Virus record (IMG/VR): IMGVR_UViG_3300037512_001279
Coordinates: 1 to 64,000 of that record
Origin: a virus
Lineage: Duplodnaviria > Caudoviricetes
Direction: 5' to 3' (one strand)
DNA: 64,000 nucleotides
Shown piece after piece: positions 49,801 through 60,704 of the stretch. The position numbers and the translations under genes are program-made. Numbering within the stretch: the first letter of the stretch is position 1; each line of letters opens with the position of its first letter. Under the pieces are notes generated by a model, which made no database searches, had not been told where the DNA came from, and saw only the letters and a list, made by a program, of their open reading frames with translations.

Positions 49801-52058
49801 TTCTTGAGCTGCGTGAAACTCTGCGTGACCTCGCGCTTGAGAAATTCAACAACATTGCACAGGATTACTCCGACCAGTTTGACATTCTTGGTTCATCTAA
49901 CGACCTAATTGAAAAACAGATTTCATTGTTTGAAGAGGCAGGTCAGTTAATCGGTCGTGCGTTTTATGAAACTCAAATCGAGGCATCTCAGAAACAACGC
50001 ACAATTCTTGAGAAAGAAAAAGCCGCGCTTATTAAAGAGATGACGTCGGCGCTCTCTTCCGGTTACATTCAGAAGGGCAATGATGAATGGCTCGAAATGG
50101 CGAAGAGCATACAGGAAGTTGATTCCAGTATTCTCGACGTTGACCAATCCATAGAACAGCTTCAGAACTCCTTACTCGAACTCAACGACAAAGTATTTGA
50201 ACGCCTGCAGAATACGTTCTCAGACATCAATTCTCAGCTTTCCAACATTGTTGGAATGATCAGTGACGTTGACGTATCTGACGAATCTGGCGTATGGTCT
50301 GATGAAGGTCTTACTCAGTTAGGCGCATATGCACAGCAGTATGAGCTTGCGAGACACAACGTTGAGAAATATGAGGAAGAGATTCAGAAGCTCAATCAGT
50401 CCTACAGCGACGGTTTGTACTCTACTACGGAATACATTGACAAGCTCTCCGATCTTGCTCAGGCACAATGGGAGCAGGCCAATGCTGCAGAAGATGCAAA
50501 GAAGTCCATACTTGAACTTAACAAGGCAAGGGTTGAACTCGTAAAAGAAGGAATTCAAAAGCAGATTGACGCTTACAAGGAACTTATTGATAAGCAGAAA
50601 GAGGCTCTTGACCAGGAGAAATCCATCCGCGATTACGAGAAGACCATTGCAGAAAAGAATAAAAACATCAACAAACTGCAGAATCAGATTAACCTGTTAA
50701 GGAATGATGATTCTGCCGCGGCAAACGCTAAGAGAATTAAGCTTGAACAGGAGCTTGCTGATGCCAAGGCTGACCTTGAGGAAACTCAGTATGATCATTC
50801 AGTAGAGGCACAGAAGGAAGCCCTTGACAAGCAACTTGAAGATTTTGAAGATGCAAGGCAACAGGAAATTGATGAGTTAGAGGAATACCTGAAAGACGTC
50901 GAAAGGGTTCAGAAGGATTCGTTTGAAATCATCAAAAAGAATACCGACAAGATTGCAAAGCAAATCGAGAACATTGCCAAGACTCACGGCGTTGTTATTT
51001 CTGAAGCGATCACTAATTCTTGGAAGTCAGGTGAAGGGGCAATCGCCTCTTACGGTACTGCACTCTCATCTGCTTCCAGTGGATTTATTCAGCAGATCCA
51101 CGAGATTGAAATATATCTCGTCGCACTTCAGGATGAAGCTGACCTAACCGCAGACAGACTTGTTGGAATGTTGTCGGCTAAGGCTGATAACCTTCTTAAT
51201 GAATTTAATGCTGCAAGAGATTCCGAGAATGAACTTATCAGGGCAACCAATCTTCTTAATGAAGCATTGATTAAGACTCTTGAGGGTAATTATGACATTA
51301 GCGGAATTATTGGTGCGTTAAAGGAAGTTCAAAATCAGGTTGACGAAACCAAAAATAAGTTAACTGGTTCAACAAGCACAGGCAACGTTTCAAGTTCTAC
51401 TCAAAAAGCAATTCAGGATACCGTTTCTGCCGTTGCAAACGCAGGAGTCAAGGTTATTCCTGACGAACAAGTTAATGCAATAAAGAAACAGCAGGAACTT
51501 GATGCTCTCTCGTTTGATTATTACTATTACTGGAAACCAAAGACTCATGAGTATACGGCAGAGTATAAGAAACTTTCAGATGCCGTAAGATCTGGAGACA
51601 GTCAGGCTGCAATAGTTAAGAATAAGGTTGACAATGCCGTAGCAAGTTATCTTGCGAAGGAAGCTGCGATACTCAAGAAGTATGAAGGATTTGCCACCGG
51701 CGTACACAACCTTAACAGAACTCAGTTCGCATGGACTCAGGAGCAGGGTAACGAACTTGTGCTCTCTCCTACCAGAAATGCGATTCTTACCAAGCTAAAC
51801 AAGGGTGACACCGTACTTACTAAGGATCAGACAGACAACTTGTTTAAGTTAAGCAAGATTGATCCTGATTCCATCTTTGGTAAATTCGGCAAGATCAACG
51901 GAGTTGCAAGAGTTGAAGCTCCCGTACTTAGCATTGGAAACGTTCTTACCGTTAATGGAAACATTGACGACACGAATGCAGAAAAGATGAAGACCATTGC
52001 AATGTCTGCAATCAACACGGCCTTCAAGAAGTTCTCTAGTGAAATCGTTAAAAGATAA
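46875..52058 (+). CDS. tape measure protein exon 3
   Basis: NPITW.. hydrophobic segment then long coiled coil ending FATG..AW.QE.G.E; no RBS upstream. Confidence 0.85.
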   Translation, partial: KFLGTLPQLKTAISSISGLSTDLLANGADGYINAVKGMTAQNALLVLSYKNLSAAEKKEILIKAGVISADQELIGENALLAKSNISLSGTFGIIARKAAMSAAAILSNPITWLVGAVAATTIAIKKMNEAVEEGRDKAQELGSEFADISQELDSYKEKITELTDKIKDQKSSIETVVDSRRQLGKIQDELVNKYGHEAEVINAVTDAINGQSDAINNLFNTVSADEWQKVMNQINNTGFWANAANWRDNYKDQVDRIEHELFNETYSLTAADSRISVEQRKYFKSLLTERGWTYNEDNMFMQYTGSREKALNDILDIQQELSKKFGDDLSKVLSKTLTDSYNSINEVYEKYKEFKDQFVLNSVIFNPQYMLQNGEANGDYLANVLLGLEEEYEAYISAANEDAQKAALQGLANHLREIFSEENIPQLVKDYIKQLFPTIFTEEDTKITQIENAKNLARNKAYDSLYAEASGSMNRTDQEKFREATGFDKKYNAFIEEYKIDSEEELELLDAYIAKYKDLDKAFSRYAQDVKTESPVLDYEGKKDRSNYTADDYIEETKSNIISLGDALNKLQTKTMTSADRMALFKDFPELESRANDLEEAIGEKLVGAIDTLEKTTGKQLAPEIRQGLFELTSGALQANRTLNETFNTIKNSSSVLKEFKTTLKNGDPITESLLSSIAGLSDELDTLVAGFYGGVVTVEELYDAVEKQREVDFERYKQSYIMKQALDENYYKNAIAGHKEVVKLFNEQYKIDLRNYTSYQMAKSEVQKKILGQNMKMISLYYDIEQMQYTDAYAKLENEAKASVGHSYGEYTKVRSLINEYKQAIDDLNQIGWTDFLDELDKMTLGDFDKISGSTKDYKELFDFFERRLEIIDQSLNKLDASLEEVNGSMAKNILIAGKMNIVSKQIQDYTSALTMYENKANQELSKLSADMQEKIKNGSVSITQLIGENGEEVNKTLEEYKKWADKVNDCNVKLLELRETLRDLALEKFNNIAQDYSDQFDILGSSNDLIEKQISLFEEAGQLIGRAFYETQIEASQKQRTILEKEKAALIKEMTSALSSGYIQKGNDEWLEMAKSIQEVDSSILDVDQSIEQLQNSLLELNDKVFERLQNTFSDINSQLSNIVGMISDVDVSDESGVWSDEGLTQLGAYAQQYELARHNVEKYEEEIQKLNQSYSDGLYSTTEYIDKLSDLAQAQWEQANAAEDAKKSILELNKARVELVKEGIQKQIDAYKELIDKQKEALDQEKSIRDYEKTIAEKNKNINKLQNQINLLRNDDSAAANAKRIKLEQELADAKADLEETQYDHSVEAQKEALDKQLEDFEDARQQEIDELEEYLKDVERVQKDSFEIIKKNTDKIAKQIENIAKTHGVVISEAITNSWKSGEGAIASYGTALSSASSGFIQQIHEIEIYLVALQDEADLTADRLVGMLSAKADNLLNEFNAARDSENELIRATNLLNEALIKTLEGNYDISGIIGALKEVQNQVDETKNKLTGSTSTGNVSSSTQKAIQDTVSAVANAGVKVIPDEQVNAIKKQQELDALSFDYYYYWKPKTHEYTAEYKKLSDAVRSGDSQAAIVKNKVDNAVASYLAKEAAILKKYEGFATGVHNLNRTQFAWTQEQGNELVLSPTRNAILTKLNKGDTVLTKDQTDNLFKLSKIDPDSIFGKFGKINGVARVEAPVLSIGNVLTVNGNIDDTNAEKMKTIAMSAINTAFKKFSSEIVKR

Positions 52059-52137
52059 TTTATTTTTATATTTTTACGGGGCGAGGTATGAAAATTACCT
52101 CGTCCTGTTTTATGGAAAGGTGGTGAGGAAGAAATAA

Positions 52138-52941
52138 ATGGACGTATTTGGAAAAGACGCCTTAATAGGCGATTATAGATTGTCTGATCATGGATTAACG
52201 CTCTGTACTTTTAACTATGAGGATAATTATGATTTAGGCGTTACTCACAACACGGAAGAAGCATTTTTGGGCAGGAATCCAGTTCCGGTATATCTTGGTT
52301 CTAAATATTCATCCAAGCTCATGCCTACTTTCACTGTTATGCAAAAGGAATGTGTTACGGGAAGAAGAAACTTTACCGTCAACGAGATAAGGGAAATTCT
52401 TGGTCGTCTCACTGGATATCAGGGATACAAGAAGTTTTATCTTTATAAGGATGAAGTTCTTGAGAACATGTACTATAACGTACACGTCATAGACGCAAGT
52501 TTTGAAAAGGCTGGCGAAGACATCGTAGCAATCACGTTCAGTGCAGAATGTGACTCGCAGTTCGCCTGGGTTGACGAAAGCATTACTTATGAAAACGGTT
52601 CTATTGAAGAAACAATAAGGCTGCAGGTTAACTCTGACGACAAATATAACTATCTCCTTCCTACTGTGGTAATCACTCCAGATTGTGGCATTAACAGTTT
52701 TTCGATTATTAACGTTACTGATAACAACAGAGAGGTTGTAATTGACAACGTAAGTTCAGGTGAGGTCATCACCATGGACAGCAAACACAATATTATAACA
52801 AGTACAATTCCAAGGAATTTTTCTGAGGATTTTAACTATAAATTCATAAGGCTGCTTTCAGGAGAAAATGAGCTTCAGATAAGCGGGCCTTGTTCCATAA
52901 CTTTTAACATGAGTCTTCCAAGAAAGGTGGGCGTTCTGTAA
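52138..52941 (+). CDS. distal tail protein (Dit, YomH-like)
   Basis: Follows TMP; CDSQFAW, FN..F.RL..GEN motifs. Confidence 0.75.
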   Translation: MDVFGKDALIGDYRLSDHGLTLCTFNYEDNYDLGVTHNTEEAFLGRNPVPVYLGSKYSSKLMPTFTVMQKECVTGRRNFTVNEIREILGRLTGYQGYKKFYLYKDEVLENMYYNVHVIDASFEKAGEDIVAITFSAECDSQFAWVDESITYENGSIEETIRLQVNSDDKYNYLLPTVVITPDCGINSFSIINVTDNNREVVIDNVSSGEVITMDSKHNIITSTIPRNFSEDFNYKFIRLLSGENELQISGPCSITFNMSLPRKVGVL

Positions 52942-55900
52942 ATGATTTTCAATAGAGATTTTTTCGAACAAATGGAAATTCCCGCCTTCAATTTGTGCAA
53001 GGCAAACGGGGAATATCTAGGAACAATAGAATGCATAGACCAAAAGACTTTGGTTATTGACGAATTAAATGAGATACAGTTTAAGACTCCAAAATACTTC
53101 GATGATTACGTTAATCCGTTGTATGACATGATTACGGAAATGAAGTACGTCAATCTTCCTGGAATGTTTAACTTTGTGATTACGTCGGTTGAGGAAGACG
53201 ACGATGGAGTGAATCCCATTAAAAGCGTTACGGCAAAAAGCGTTGAAGCAAATCTGGGACAGAGATATCTTGAGGAATTCTACGTAAACACTGGCGAGGA
53301 TTTTGCAGTCAACAACGTGTGCCTGTACGATCCGGCACATCCTGAGAGAAGCTTGTTAAATCTAGTGTTGGACGAGAAATGTCCTGATTGGAGCGTTGCA
53401 TACGTAGATGCCGACATCATGGGAAAACAAAGGTACTTTGAGGTAGAAAGACAGGACATATACGGATTTTTAACGGGAGAACTTGCTGAAGCTTTTGACG
53501 CGGTGGTTCTGTTTGACAGTAATAATTATACAATATCAGTTTACAAGGAAGAGAATTACGGCAGCGACACGAACGTGTTTATCAGTTATGATAACCTTCT
53601 TCAGAATGCGGCACTAACCTCTTCTTCCGATGACATTAAAACCTGCATGACGGTCATGGGTGCGGAGGACTTAAACCTTCGTGAGGTTAACATGGGGTCT
53701 GACAGGATTTACATGTTGGATTATTATGCCACTCCAGAATTCATGAGTGAGGATTGTTGTGACGCTTATGCGGCTTGGAAGAGCTTAATTGACGAGAATA
53801 AGCCGATTTACGCAGGATACGTTAACGAATGCATTAACCTGTATGACGAGATTAACTATCTCACAAACGAAAAGATGCCACTAGGTGGTGAAAACCTGAT
53901 CCACGTTGACAACTCTACGGCAACGATTAACGGCGTAACATTTACGGTTAACTCAACTGACGGTACGATCAGCGTTAACGGAACTGCATCAGAGGAAACC
54001 GAGTTCATCATAACCGACAATCTTGCGAGTTATCTTACAGAGGAAACCATATACAGATTTATTGGATGTCCACTGCAAGACCTTGATAACGTTGAGTTTT
54101 ACATGCAGTGGTATAACAAGGACGATCCTTCCAGTAAGCTAAAGCGCAACTCAATAGATGACGGCAGCGGAAACCAAATGCTGTACGAAGCTGGCGTTAA
54201 CAGGCTGTCAATATTTGTCAAGAGTGGCAAAACGGTTACAAACAAAGTGTTTGAGCCAAACATATATTTACCTGATTCAAAGAATACGGATTGGACGAAG
54301 TACGGTCTTGTGCCGTTGCAGGAACAACTTGCTTCTTACGAGGCACAGCAGGCGGTCATGGCAAAGGCAGGTCAGGGCAACCCTGACAATCCTGATTACG
54401 AGACAATGTACTTGCCGTGTTGCAATACGATTGACGACATTAAGGAACAGATTGTTGTAGTACAGGCGCAGCTTGACGCACTGTATCATCAGCTCGACGT
54501 CATTCAGGAAAACATGTATCTTATATACGTCGAGTGCGCAATGAACAATAACTTTACCGAAGAGCAGATCATTGAACTTTCAAAGTTTATCAGGGAAGAA
54601 AGCATCAACTCTGATAACTACGTCATTACTGACGAGATGACTGACGCGGAAAGAATTGAAATGCTTGAAGACATGCTTGAGTATGGCGAGGAAGAACTGA
54701 GGAAGGTTTCACAGCCTCAAATTCAATTTACTACCGACATTGTTAATCTGTTTAACATCAAGGAATTTGACGCGGTGTCTGCAGACTTTAATCGCGGCAA
54801 CTTCATACACATAATACTAAGGGATGATTACGTCGTAAAGGCAAGACTTGTTAGCATGTCGTTTGATTTTTATGATCTTGGCAAGATTACCGTAACGTTC
54901 AGCAACGTAAACAAAACCGTTGGAAAGACGCTGTTCACGGACATTTCCAAGGCAATTAACACATCCTCTTCCGTCTCAACAACCGTATCCGTAAAGAGCA
55001 GTTATTGGAACGAGGCGAACAGGGAAGCAACTGAACTGAACTCGGTAATTGACAGTGGTTATTTGTCTGCAAATAAGGCAATACAGACTTCAAGCGCAGA
55101 CGTTAAGATAGATGATAACGGTATTCTTCTTACAAGTACAGATCCTGAATATCCTAATGACCGCGTACTTATTGGCGGTTCAAGGATACTGTTTAGTGAC
55201 GACGACCTCAAGACCGTAAAAGAAGCAATTGGTCGCGTTAAGTACACCACTTCTGACGGCGTTGAGCATGACGAATTCGGCGTATTGGCGCAGTTCATGC
55301 TTGCAGGATACATCAACGGTGCGACGATTGATGCAGGAACAATTAACGTTGGCGGTCAGGAAGACGGAAAGATTATCATTTATGACGCTAACGGCAGTCA
55401 GATTGGATGCTGGGACAAGGATGGAATCGTGTTACCGCCTAACGTAACGCTTACGTGGGATAACATTGCGGGTAATGAAATCCTTGGAAGGGCCGTCAGG
55501 GTATACCTTGACCAATACAACAATACTTCTGACATATCTGCAGGACTTGCAATGACGAGTCATTATAACTTTGGCAATAACTATGATTACCAACAACTTC
55601 AAATGGCTACGAGTGGATTTGTAGCAACGTCAAGGAAAGACGTAAGCACCTCTTCCACTCCTTCAACGCAAACGGATTACAAGTATTATCAAATAAATAT
55701 TGGCAAGATTAGCGGAACTCCCGTGAACTTTAGCATCGTTACGAGAACGGGATACGTCGAGAACGCATATAAATACGTCGCAGATCCTGACGACAATGAG
55801 TCAGACAGACAAAGAAAACACGCGGCTGAAATACTGCATACGCATTACAACAATGACACGAAGACCGTATTTAAGATAAGTGAAGACGGGCAGATCTATT

Positions 55901-56370
55901 CATACGATGCAAGCGGAAATTACGTTTCTTTGGGTAACGGCAAAGCGTACTTATTTACAAACGGTGCGGAAGCAATACCGTATTTCTACGGATTTGACAA
56001 CGGCGGCATGAACGTTGGAATAGGTACTGCGGGATTATTCCACGCTACCAAGGAACTTACGTGCGGAGACAAGATAAGTCAGATAGTTCAAACGGAAAAC
56101 CATGGCGACGTAAAGATGAAAGCCGTTGGATCGCAAAGCGCATCATTCCAATACTGTGGCTCTTCCGCAATAACTTCAGGCGGTTCGGTAACGGTTAACT
56201 TTGACGCGACGTTCGAGGAAACTGTTGACTTATCACAGCCGTATCAGGTATTTATTACTAATACCTCTTCTACTCTTACGACCTACGTTGAAAAGAATTT
56301 TGACTCAATTGTCGTACACGGAAGTAACGGTGCGACTTTTGATTACATGATAGTAGCAAAACAAAAATAA
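52942..56370 (+). CDS. baseplate hub/tail spike (Tal, YomG-like)
   Basis: 1142 aa after Dit; hub-type N-terminus, coiled coil, beta-rich C-terminus. Confidence 0.7.
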   Translation: MIFNRDFFEQMEIPAFNLCKANGEYLGTIECIDQKTLVIDELNEIQFKTPKYFDDYVNPLYDMITEMKYVNLPGMFNFVITSVEEDDDGVNPIKSVTAKSVEANLGQRYLEEFYVNTGEDFAVNNVCLYDPAHPERSLLNLVLDEKCPDWSVAYVDADIMGKQRYFEVERQDIYGFLTGELAEAFDAVVLFDSNNYTISVYKEENYGSDTNVFISYDNLLQNAALTSSSDDIKTCMTVMGAEDLNLREVNMGSDRIYMLDYYATPEFMSEDCCDAYAAWKSLIDENKPIYAGYVNECINLYDEINYLTNEKMPLGGENLIHVDNSTATINGVTFTVNSTDGTISVNGTASEETEFIITDNLASYLTEETIYRFIGCPLQDLDNVEFYMQWYNKDDPSSKLKRNSIDDGSGNQMLYEAGVNRLSIFVKSGKTVTNKVFEPNIYLPDSKNTDWTKYGLVPLQEQLASYEAQQAVMAKAGQGNPDNPDYETMYLPCCNTIDDIKEQIVVVQAQLDALYHQLDVIQENMYLIYVECAMNNNFTEEQIIELSKFIREESINSDNYVITDEMTDAERIEMLEDMLEYGEEELRKVSQPQIQFTTDIVNLFNIKEFDAVSADFNRGNFIHIILRDDYVVKARLVSMSFDFYDLGKITVTFSNVNKTVGKTLFTDISKAINTSSSVSTTVSVKSSYWNEANREATELNSVIDSGYLSANKAIQTSSADVKIDDNGILLTSTDPEYPNDRVLIGGSRILFSDDDLKTVKEAIGRVKYTTSDGVEHDEFGVLAQFMLAGYINGATIDAGTINVGGQEDGKIIIYDANGSQIGCWDKDGIVLPPNVTLTWDNIAGNEILGRAVRVYLDQYNNTSDISAGLAMTSHYNFGNNYDYQQLQMATSGFVATSRKDVSTSSTPSTQTDYKYYQINIGKISGTPVNFSIVTRTGYVENAYKYVADPDDNESDRQRKHAAEILHTHYNNDTKTVFKISEDGQIYSYDASGNYVSLGNGKAYLFTNGAEAIPYFYGFDNGGMNVGIGTAGLFHATKELTCGDKISQIVQTENHGDVKMKAVGSQSASFQYCGSSAITSGGSVTVNFDATFEETVDLSQPYQVFITNTSSTLTTYVEKNFDSIVVHGSNGATFDYMIVAKQK

Positions 56371-56386
56371 AGGGAGGATTTAGAAA

Positions 56387-57430
56387 GTGACGTTAGAAAG
56401 CATTAAGAATATAACCGTCGACTTGTCAAACTCCGGTACTTACAACGACAAAGTCACGGCAATGAGAGGTGATAACGGAACAAGATACGTGTACGTTACC
56501 GTCTTAAATAATGGTCACGAAGTTGATCTGTCAAATACGTATCCAGTCCTCCGTGGAACTAAAAGTGACGGGACGACTGTATTTAATCAGTGTACGATTG
56601 AAGACGGCATGGTTATTGTGGAACTTACTTCACAAATACTTGCGGCACCAGGCATTGGTCAGTTTGAAATCGCACTGTATGAACTTGTTCCTGTTGAAGG
56701 AGAGCCTGCAGGCAAAATCATTGCGGCGTTTCCTTTTCAAATAAGCGTTGTTGATTCTTCTTTTGACGCGGTAAACATCGTTTCTTCAGACGAATATACC
56801 GTTCTTGCGGAAGCAATGGAGAACATTCCTTCCATAGCGTCTGTGCAGGAGTTTGAGGACATGGTAACAGACCTTGAAGACAGAATTGACACGCAGATAG
56901 GTAATTACACTATAGGCGTTAGCGTACCTGCAAATGCCGTATTTACTGACACGACTTACGGTAATGCAACTTCGTCTGCAGATGGTCTGATGAGCAAGGA
57001 GAATTATTCCAAACTTACGGGCGTTGAGACAGGCGCTGAAGCAAACCAAAATGCATACTCAATAGTTGTTGCTGGGAGCACTCAGATTGTATCTTCCGCT
57101 AAAACGGACACGCTTACAATTTCAGGAACAAACGTTACGATCACTGGCAACGCATCAACTAAAGAAATTGGCATTGGTATTAACGGAGCAAACGTAACTG
57201 ACGCTCTTGGTTACACTCCCGCTTCTCTTGATCAGACTGGCAAGATTCCTACATCTGAACTGCCAAGCGGAATAGGCAGCATTGTTACGGCTTCGGAAAC
57301 AAACGGTAACATTGTCGTGGATGGTAATGAAATGACCGTATATGACTATGACGATGACACGGCTCTTAAGAATTACATATCAACTCAGATTAATACTGCA
57401 GTTGTTGCCGCCATCAACGGCACTTATTAA
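56387..57430 (+). CDS. BppU-like upper baseplate protein
   Basis: GD.GTR...V..NNG..K.DG...VELT.Q.LA..G N-terminal domain; DGLMSKE...KL.G.E.GA fibre repeat. Confidence 0.75.
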   Translation: MTLESIKNITVDLSNSGTYNDKVTAMRGDNGTRYVYVTVLNNGHEVDLSNTYPVLRGTKSDGTTVFNQCTIEDGMVIVELTSQILAAPGIGQFEIALYELVPVEGEPAGKIIAAFPFQISVVDSSFDAVNIVSSDEYTVLAEAMENIPSIASVQEFEDMVTDLEDRIDTQIGNYTIGVSVPANAVFTDTTYGNATSSADGLMSKENYSKLTGVETGAEANQNAYSIVVAGSTQIVSSAKTDTLTISGTNVTITGNASTKEIGIGINGANVTDALGYTPASLDQTGKIPTSELPSGIGSIVTASETNGNIVVDGNEMTVYDYDDDTALKNYISTQINTAVVAAINGTY

Positions 57431-57442
57431 GGGGGTGTTGTT

Positions 57443-58021
57443 ATGGCTAAAACAGATAATTTAAGTGATTTTTTAACGGACGTTGCGAATGCAATAAGGA
57501 CTAAGAAGGGAACGGTTGCAGACATTGACGCTCAGGATTTTTACGATGAGATTTTAAGCATACCAAGTGGCGGAAGTTCAGAATACGGTGTTGACGAATT
57601 AAGTTCTCCTATCAGCGCTACGTCAGGTACGTCAGCAGTACACTATGAGGGCGACACTCCTGCCCCTGCAAGCAACACCGTAACAATACCGTTTACGGCA
57701 AGTTTGGACAATTGTGACTATCTGTACTTTTGTTACAACGGTCTTGACGGCGGGAGCGGTCACACTAGCGGCGTACATTACGGAACGAGTTATGCAAAGC
57801 TGATCATTAACAGTACGGAATACATACTTTATGATTACAGCTCTCAGCAGAGTTACCCAAGCGATCATGTTGAGATAGTTAAGAAGATAAACGTTACTTC
57901 CATCACGGGAGTGCCTACGATTCAACTTTATCTGTATGCATCGTCTTCATCTTCTTCACCTCATTACTGGGCTAACGCCGATGTGAACGTTAAGCACATA
58001 TATGTTCATGCAATTACATAG
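57443..58021 (+). CDS. putative tail fibre-associated protein
   Basis: LTD.ANAIR.K.G N-terminal motif. Confidence 0.55.
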   Translation: MAKTDNLSDFLTDVANAIRTKKGTVADIDAQDFYDEILSIPSGGSSEYGVDELSSPISATSGTSAVHYEGDTPAPASNTVTIPFTASLDNCDYLYFCYNGLDGGSGHTSGVHYGTSYAKLIINSTEYILYDYSSQQSYPSDHVEIVKKINVTSITGVPTIQLYLYASSSSSSPHYWANADVNVKHIYVHAIT

Positions 58022-58077
58022 AGTTTCTAAGCCTGTGTTACGCGGGCTTTTATATATTTAAAAGGAGGAAATTTATA

Positions 58078-58290
58078 ATGGTTAAATTGAAAAGTATAAG
58101 CAGTGGTACTCTTCAAGCTCCTAACTGCGTGACTGCAAAACTTTTTGCGGATCAGAAATCCGAAGTAACCGCAGGCATGACGATCGTTGGACTTCCTGTA
58201 GGATGTACTTTAGACATTGGAAGCAGCGTAATGACGGCTGCAGGAGACATTGCATTCCTTAAATCTGACGGAACATGGAATTGGGTGTAA
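58078..58290 (+). CDS. small virion-associated hypothetical protein
   Basis: 70 aa, strong RBS, ends L.SDG.W.W. Confidence 0.65.
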   Translation: MVKLKSISSGTLQAPNCVTAKLFADQKSEVTAGMTIVGLPVGCTLDIGSSVMTAAGDIAFLKSDGTWNWV

Positions 58291-58302
58291 GGAGGTGTTT
58301 AC

Positions 58303-60687
58303 ATGGCAAATAATAACATGGGCTTGAGCGGTGAAGAAGCTCTTGCCATTGCGATAAAGAAATCTAATTCATATACAGATCAAGAGATTTCAAAAGTCAG
58401 AACCAAATTTCAGGTAGTTGCTTCTTATTCAGACCTTCCTGACCCTGGAAGAACTGATACGATTTATTTGGTTCCGCAGTCAGGGCATCCTGGCGTATAT
58501 GACCAATATATTTACGAAAACAACCAATACGTTGACATTGGAGATACCGAGCTTGATTTAGCTGAGTATGCTACCGACGAAGAACTTCAGCAAGGTTTGG
58601 CGCTTAAAGTCGACAAAGTTCAAGGAAAAGGACTCTCCACAGAAGATTATACTACCGTAGAAAAGACGAAACTTTCCGGAATTGAAGACGGCGCTACTAA
58701 TACTGTTGTAGACAGCGCACTCTCCACTTCTAGCGAGAATCCTGTTCAAAATAAAGTTGTAACAACAGAAATTAACGCAATCAACGCTACTTTGGCTAAC
58801 AAGGCCAATACGAGCGGATATTATGAAGATTTTGTTGCAGGAAATGCCGAGCAGCTTTTGTCTAGCGTAAACGAACAAGACAGTACGCCGTATTTATTTA
58901 GAACAACTGGCGGTTCCATTGATGTTGGAAATCGTGAGACTAACACAATCGTTGGCGGCACTATCGCGTGGAATCAACTTGTGCCTGCAATAACGTCCGG
59001 AGAAATATACAATAATAATGGTATTACTTGTTATTCAAATGGTGATGGAAGTTTTACGCTAAATGGAAAAGCAACAACAACGTCTAATTTTGTTTTAGTT
59101 AATGAATTTATGACTCCAATTGATCATATTTTTTATGTTTGCGGATATGTTAAAGACAGTGCAAATACTGCAAGTGCCTTAAGTTTTCGCGGCACTAAGG
59201 TTGATTATGGAAATGGTGCGATATGGAAAAATACTTCGGCATATTCAAGCATGAACGTTAGATTAGACTATATTATAAATGCAACTTACTCGAATACAAT
59301 TATTAAACCGCAAGTATTTGACCTCACGCAAATGTTCGGGCCAACCATTGCAGATTATCTGAATACATTGGAGTCTGGCACACCAGGTGCTGGGATTGCG
59401 AAACTGAAATTGTGGGGACTCTGCACAAAGTCGTATTATGCATATAATGCTGGAGAGCTTTTGTCAGTTAAGACTAGTGCTCATAAGATGGTTGGATTTA
59501 ATCAGTGGGATGAAGAATGGGAAATTGGCAGCATTGATCCTGCAAATGGTTCAAATACAGTAACAACAAATACAATTCGTTCTAAAAATTATATTCCAGT
59601 AATTGAAGGATTGATTTATTATATTAATTCACCATCGAATAATAATGGCATATATCAGTTGTATTTATATGATGAGAATAAAAACTATATAGGTCTTAAA
59701 GATTTTAATTCTATTACTAACAAATTATATACAATACCATCTGGTTGTCATTATTTAAGATTTAGAACTTATGCTTCTTATGGAACAACATATAACAATG
59801 ATATTTGTATTAACATTTCTTGGGATGGTGAGAAGGATGGAAACTATGAATCTTACGTTGAGTATGAATATCCGTTAGATTCAGACCTTGAACTCAGAGG
59901 TATTCCTAAATTAGATGTAGATGACAGACTCTATTATGACGGGGACACTTATGAGAGTGACGGAACGGTGACAAGAAAATATGAGATTGTTGATCTTGGG
60001 ACGCTAACGTGGACAAGAACAGGAACTGGATTGTTTAACACGGAATCGTTAAAAAATGAAATAAGAAAACCGTCAACAAGTCTAACCGTGGCAACATGGA
60101 TCATTAGCCCAATTTATACTGCCATGAATAGCAATGACATAAGCGGGCCTAACGGGGCAAATCCGTCACCAGATAAAGTAATGGCAGTAAATCCGCAAGG
60201 AGCCATGTATTTTAACAACGTTGCATATACGGATGCAGCAACGTTTAAGACTGCAATGAGCGGTGTTTACCTTGTTTATGGATTGGCAACGGAAACCACA
60301 GAATCCGCAGATCCATTTACTAATCCACAAATTTGTGATGATTTTGGTACTGAGGAATACATTGATACTAGAACTATTCCGATTCCTGTAGGTCACATTA
60401 CTGAATATACACAGAATCTGAAAGCAAAACTTGAAATGGCGCCTGATAGTCCTGATTCAAATGGTGATTACATATTGAGGCATCAGAACGGAGTTAACGT
60501 ATACGTACCTCACACTGGCGGTGGCAGTTCGTTACCAGAAACTCCGCAGAACGATGGTGAGTATTATCTTAAAAACACCGTTTCAAGTGGATCGCCAACA
60601 TTAAGTTGGGACGGCGACATACTTGCGTCGCTTGGACTCAGCATCGTTAACGGTGAACTGTGCGTGACGTACAGTGAAAATGAATAA
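58303..60687 (+). CDS. tail fibre/receptor-binding protein
   Basis: KVDKV.GKGLST.DYT..EK.KL and VDSALS.SSENPVQNKVV fibre motifs; AT-rich variable middle. Confidence 0.65.
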   Translation: MANNNMGLSGEEALAIAIKKSNSYTDQEISKVRTKFQVVASYSDLPDPGRTDTIYLVPQSGHPGVYDQYIYENNQYVDIGDTELDLAEYATDEELQQGLALKVDKVQGKGLSTEDYTTVEKTKLSGIEDGATNTVVDSALSTSSENPVQNKVVTTEINAINATLANKANTSGYYEDFVAGNAEQLLSSVNEQDSTPYLFRTTGGSIDVGNRETNTIVGGTIAWNQLVPAITSGEIYNNNGITCYSNGDGSFTLNGKATTTSNFVLVNEFMTPIDHIFYVCGYVKDSANTASALSFRGTKVDYGNGAIWKNTSAYSSMNVRLDYIINATYSNTIIKPQVFDLTQMFGPTIADYLNTLESGTPGAGIAKLKLWGLCTKSYYAYNAGELLSVKTSAHKMVGFNQWDEEWEIGSIDPANGSNTVTTNTIRSKNYIPVIEGLIYYINSPSNNNGIYQLYLYDENKNYIGLKDFNSITNKLYTIPSGCHYLRFRTYASYGTTYNNDICINISWDGEKDGNYESYVEYEYPLDSDLELRGIPKLDVDDRLYYDGDTYESDGTVTRKYEIVDLGTLTWTRTGTGLFNTESLKNEIRKPSTSLTVATWIISPIYTAMNSNDISGPNGANPSPDKVMAVNPQGAMYFNNVAYTDAATFKTAMSGVYLVYGLATETTESADPFTNPQICDDFGTEEYIDTRTIPIPVGHITEYTQNLKAKLEMAPDSPDSNGDYILRHQNGVNVYVPHTGGGSSLPETPQNDGEYYLKNTVSSGSPTLSWDGDILASLGLSIVNGELCVTYSENE

Positions 60688-60704
60688 GGGAAGGAGAAAT
60701 AAAA

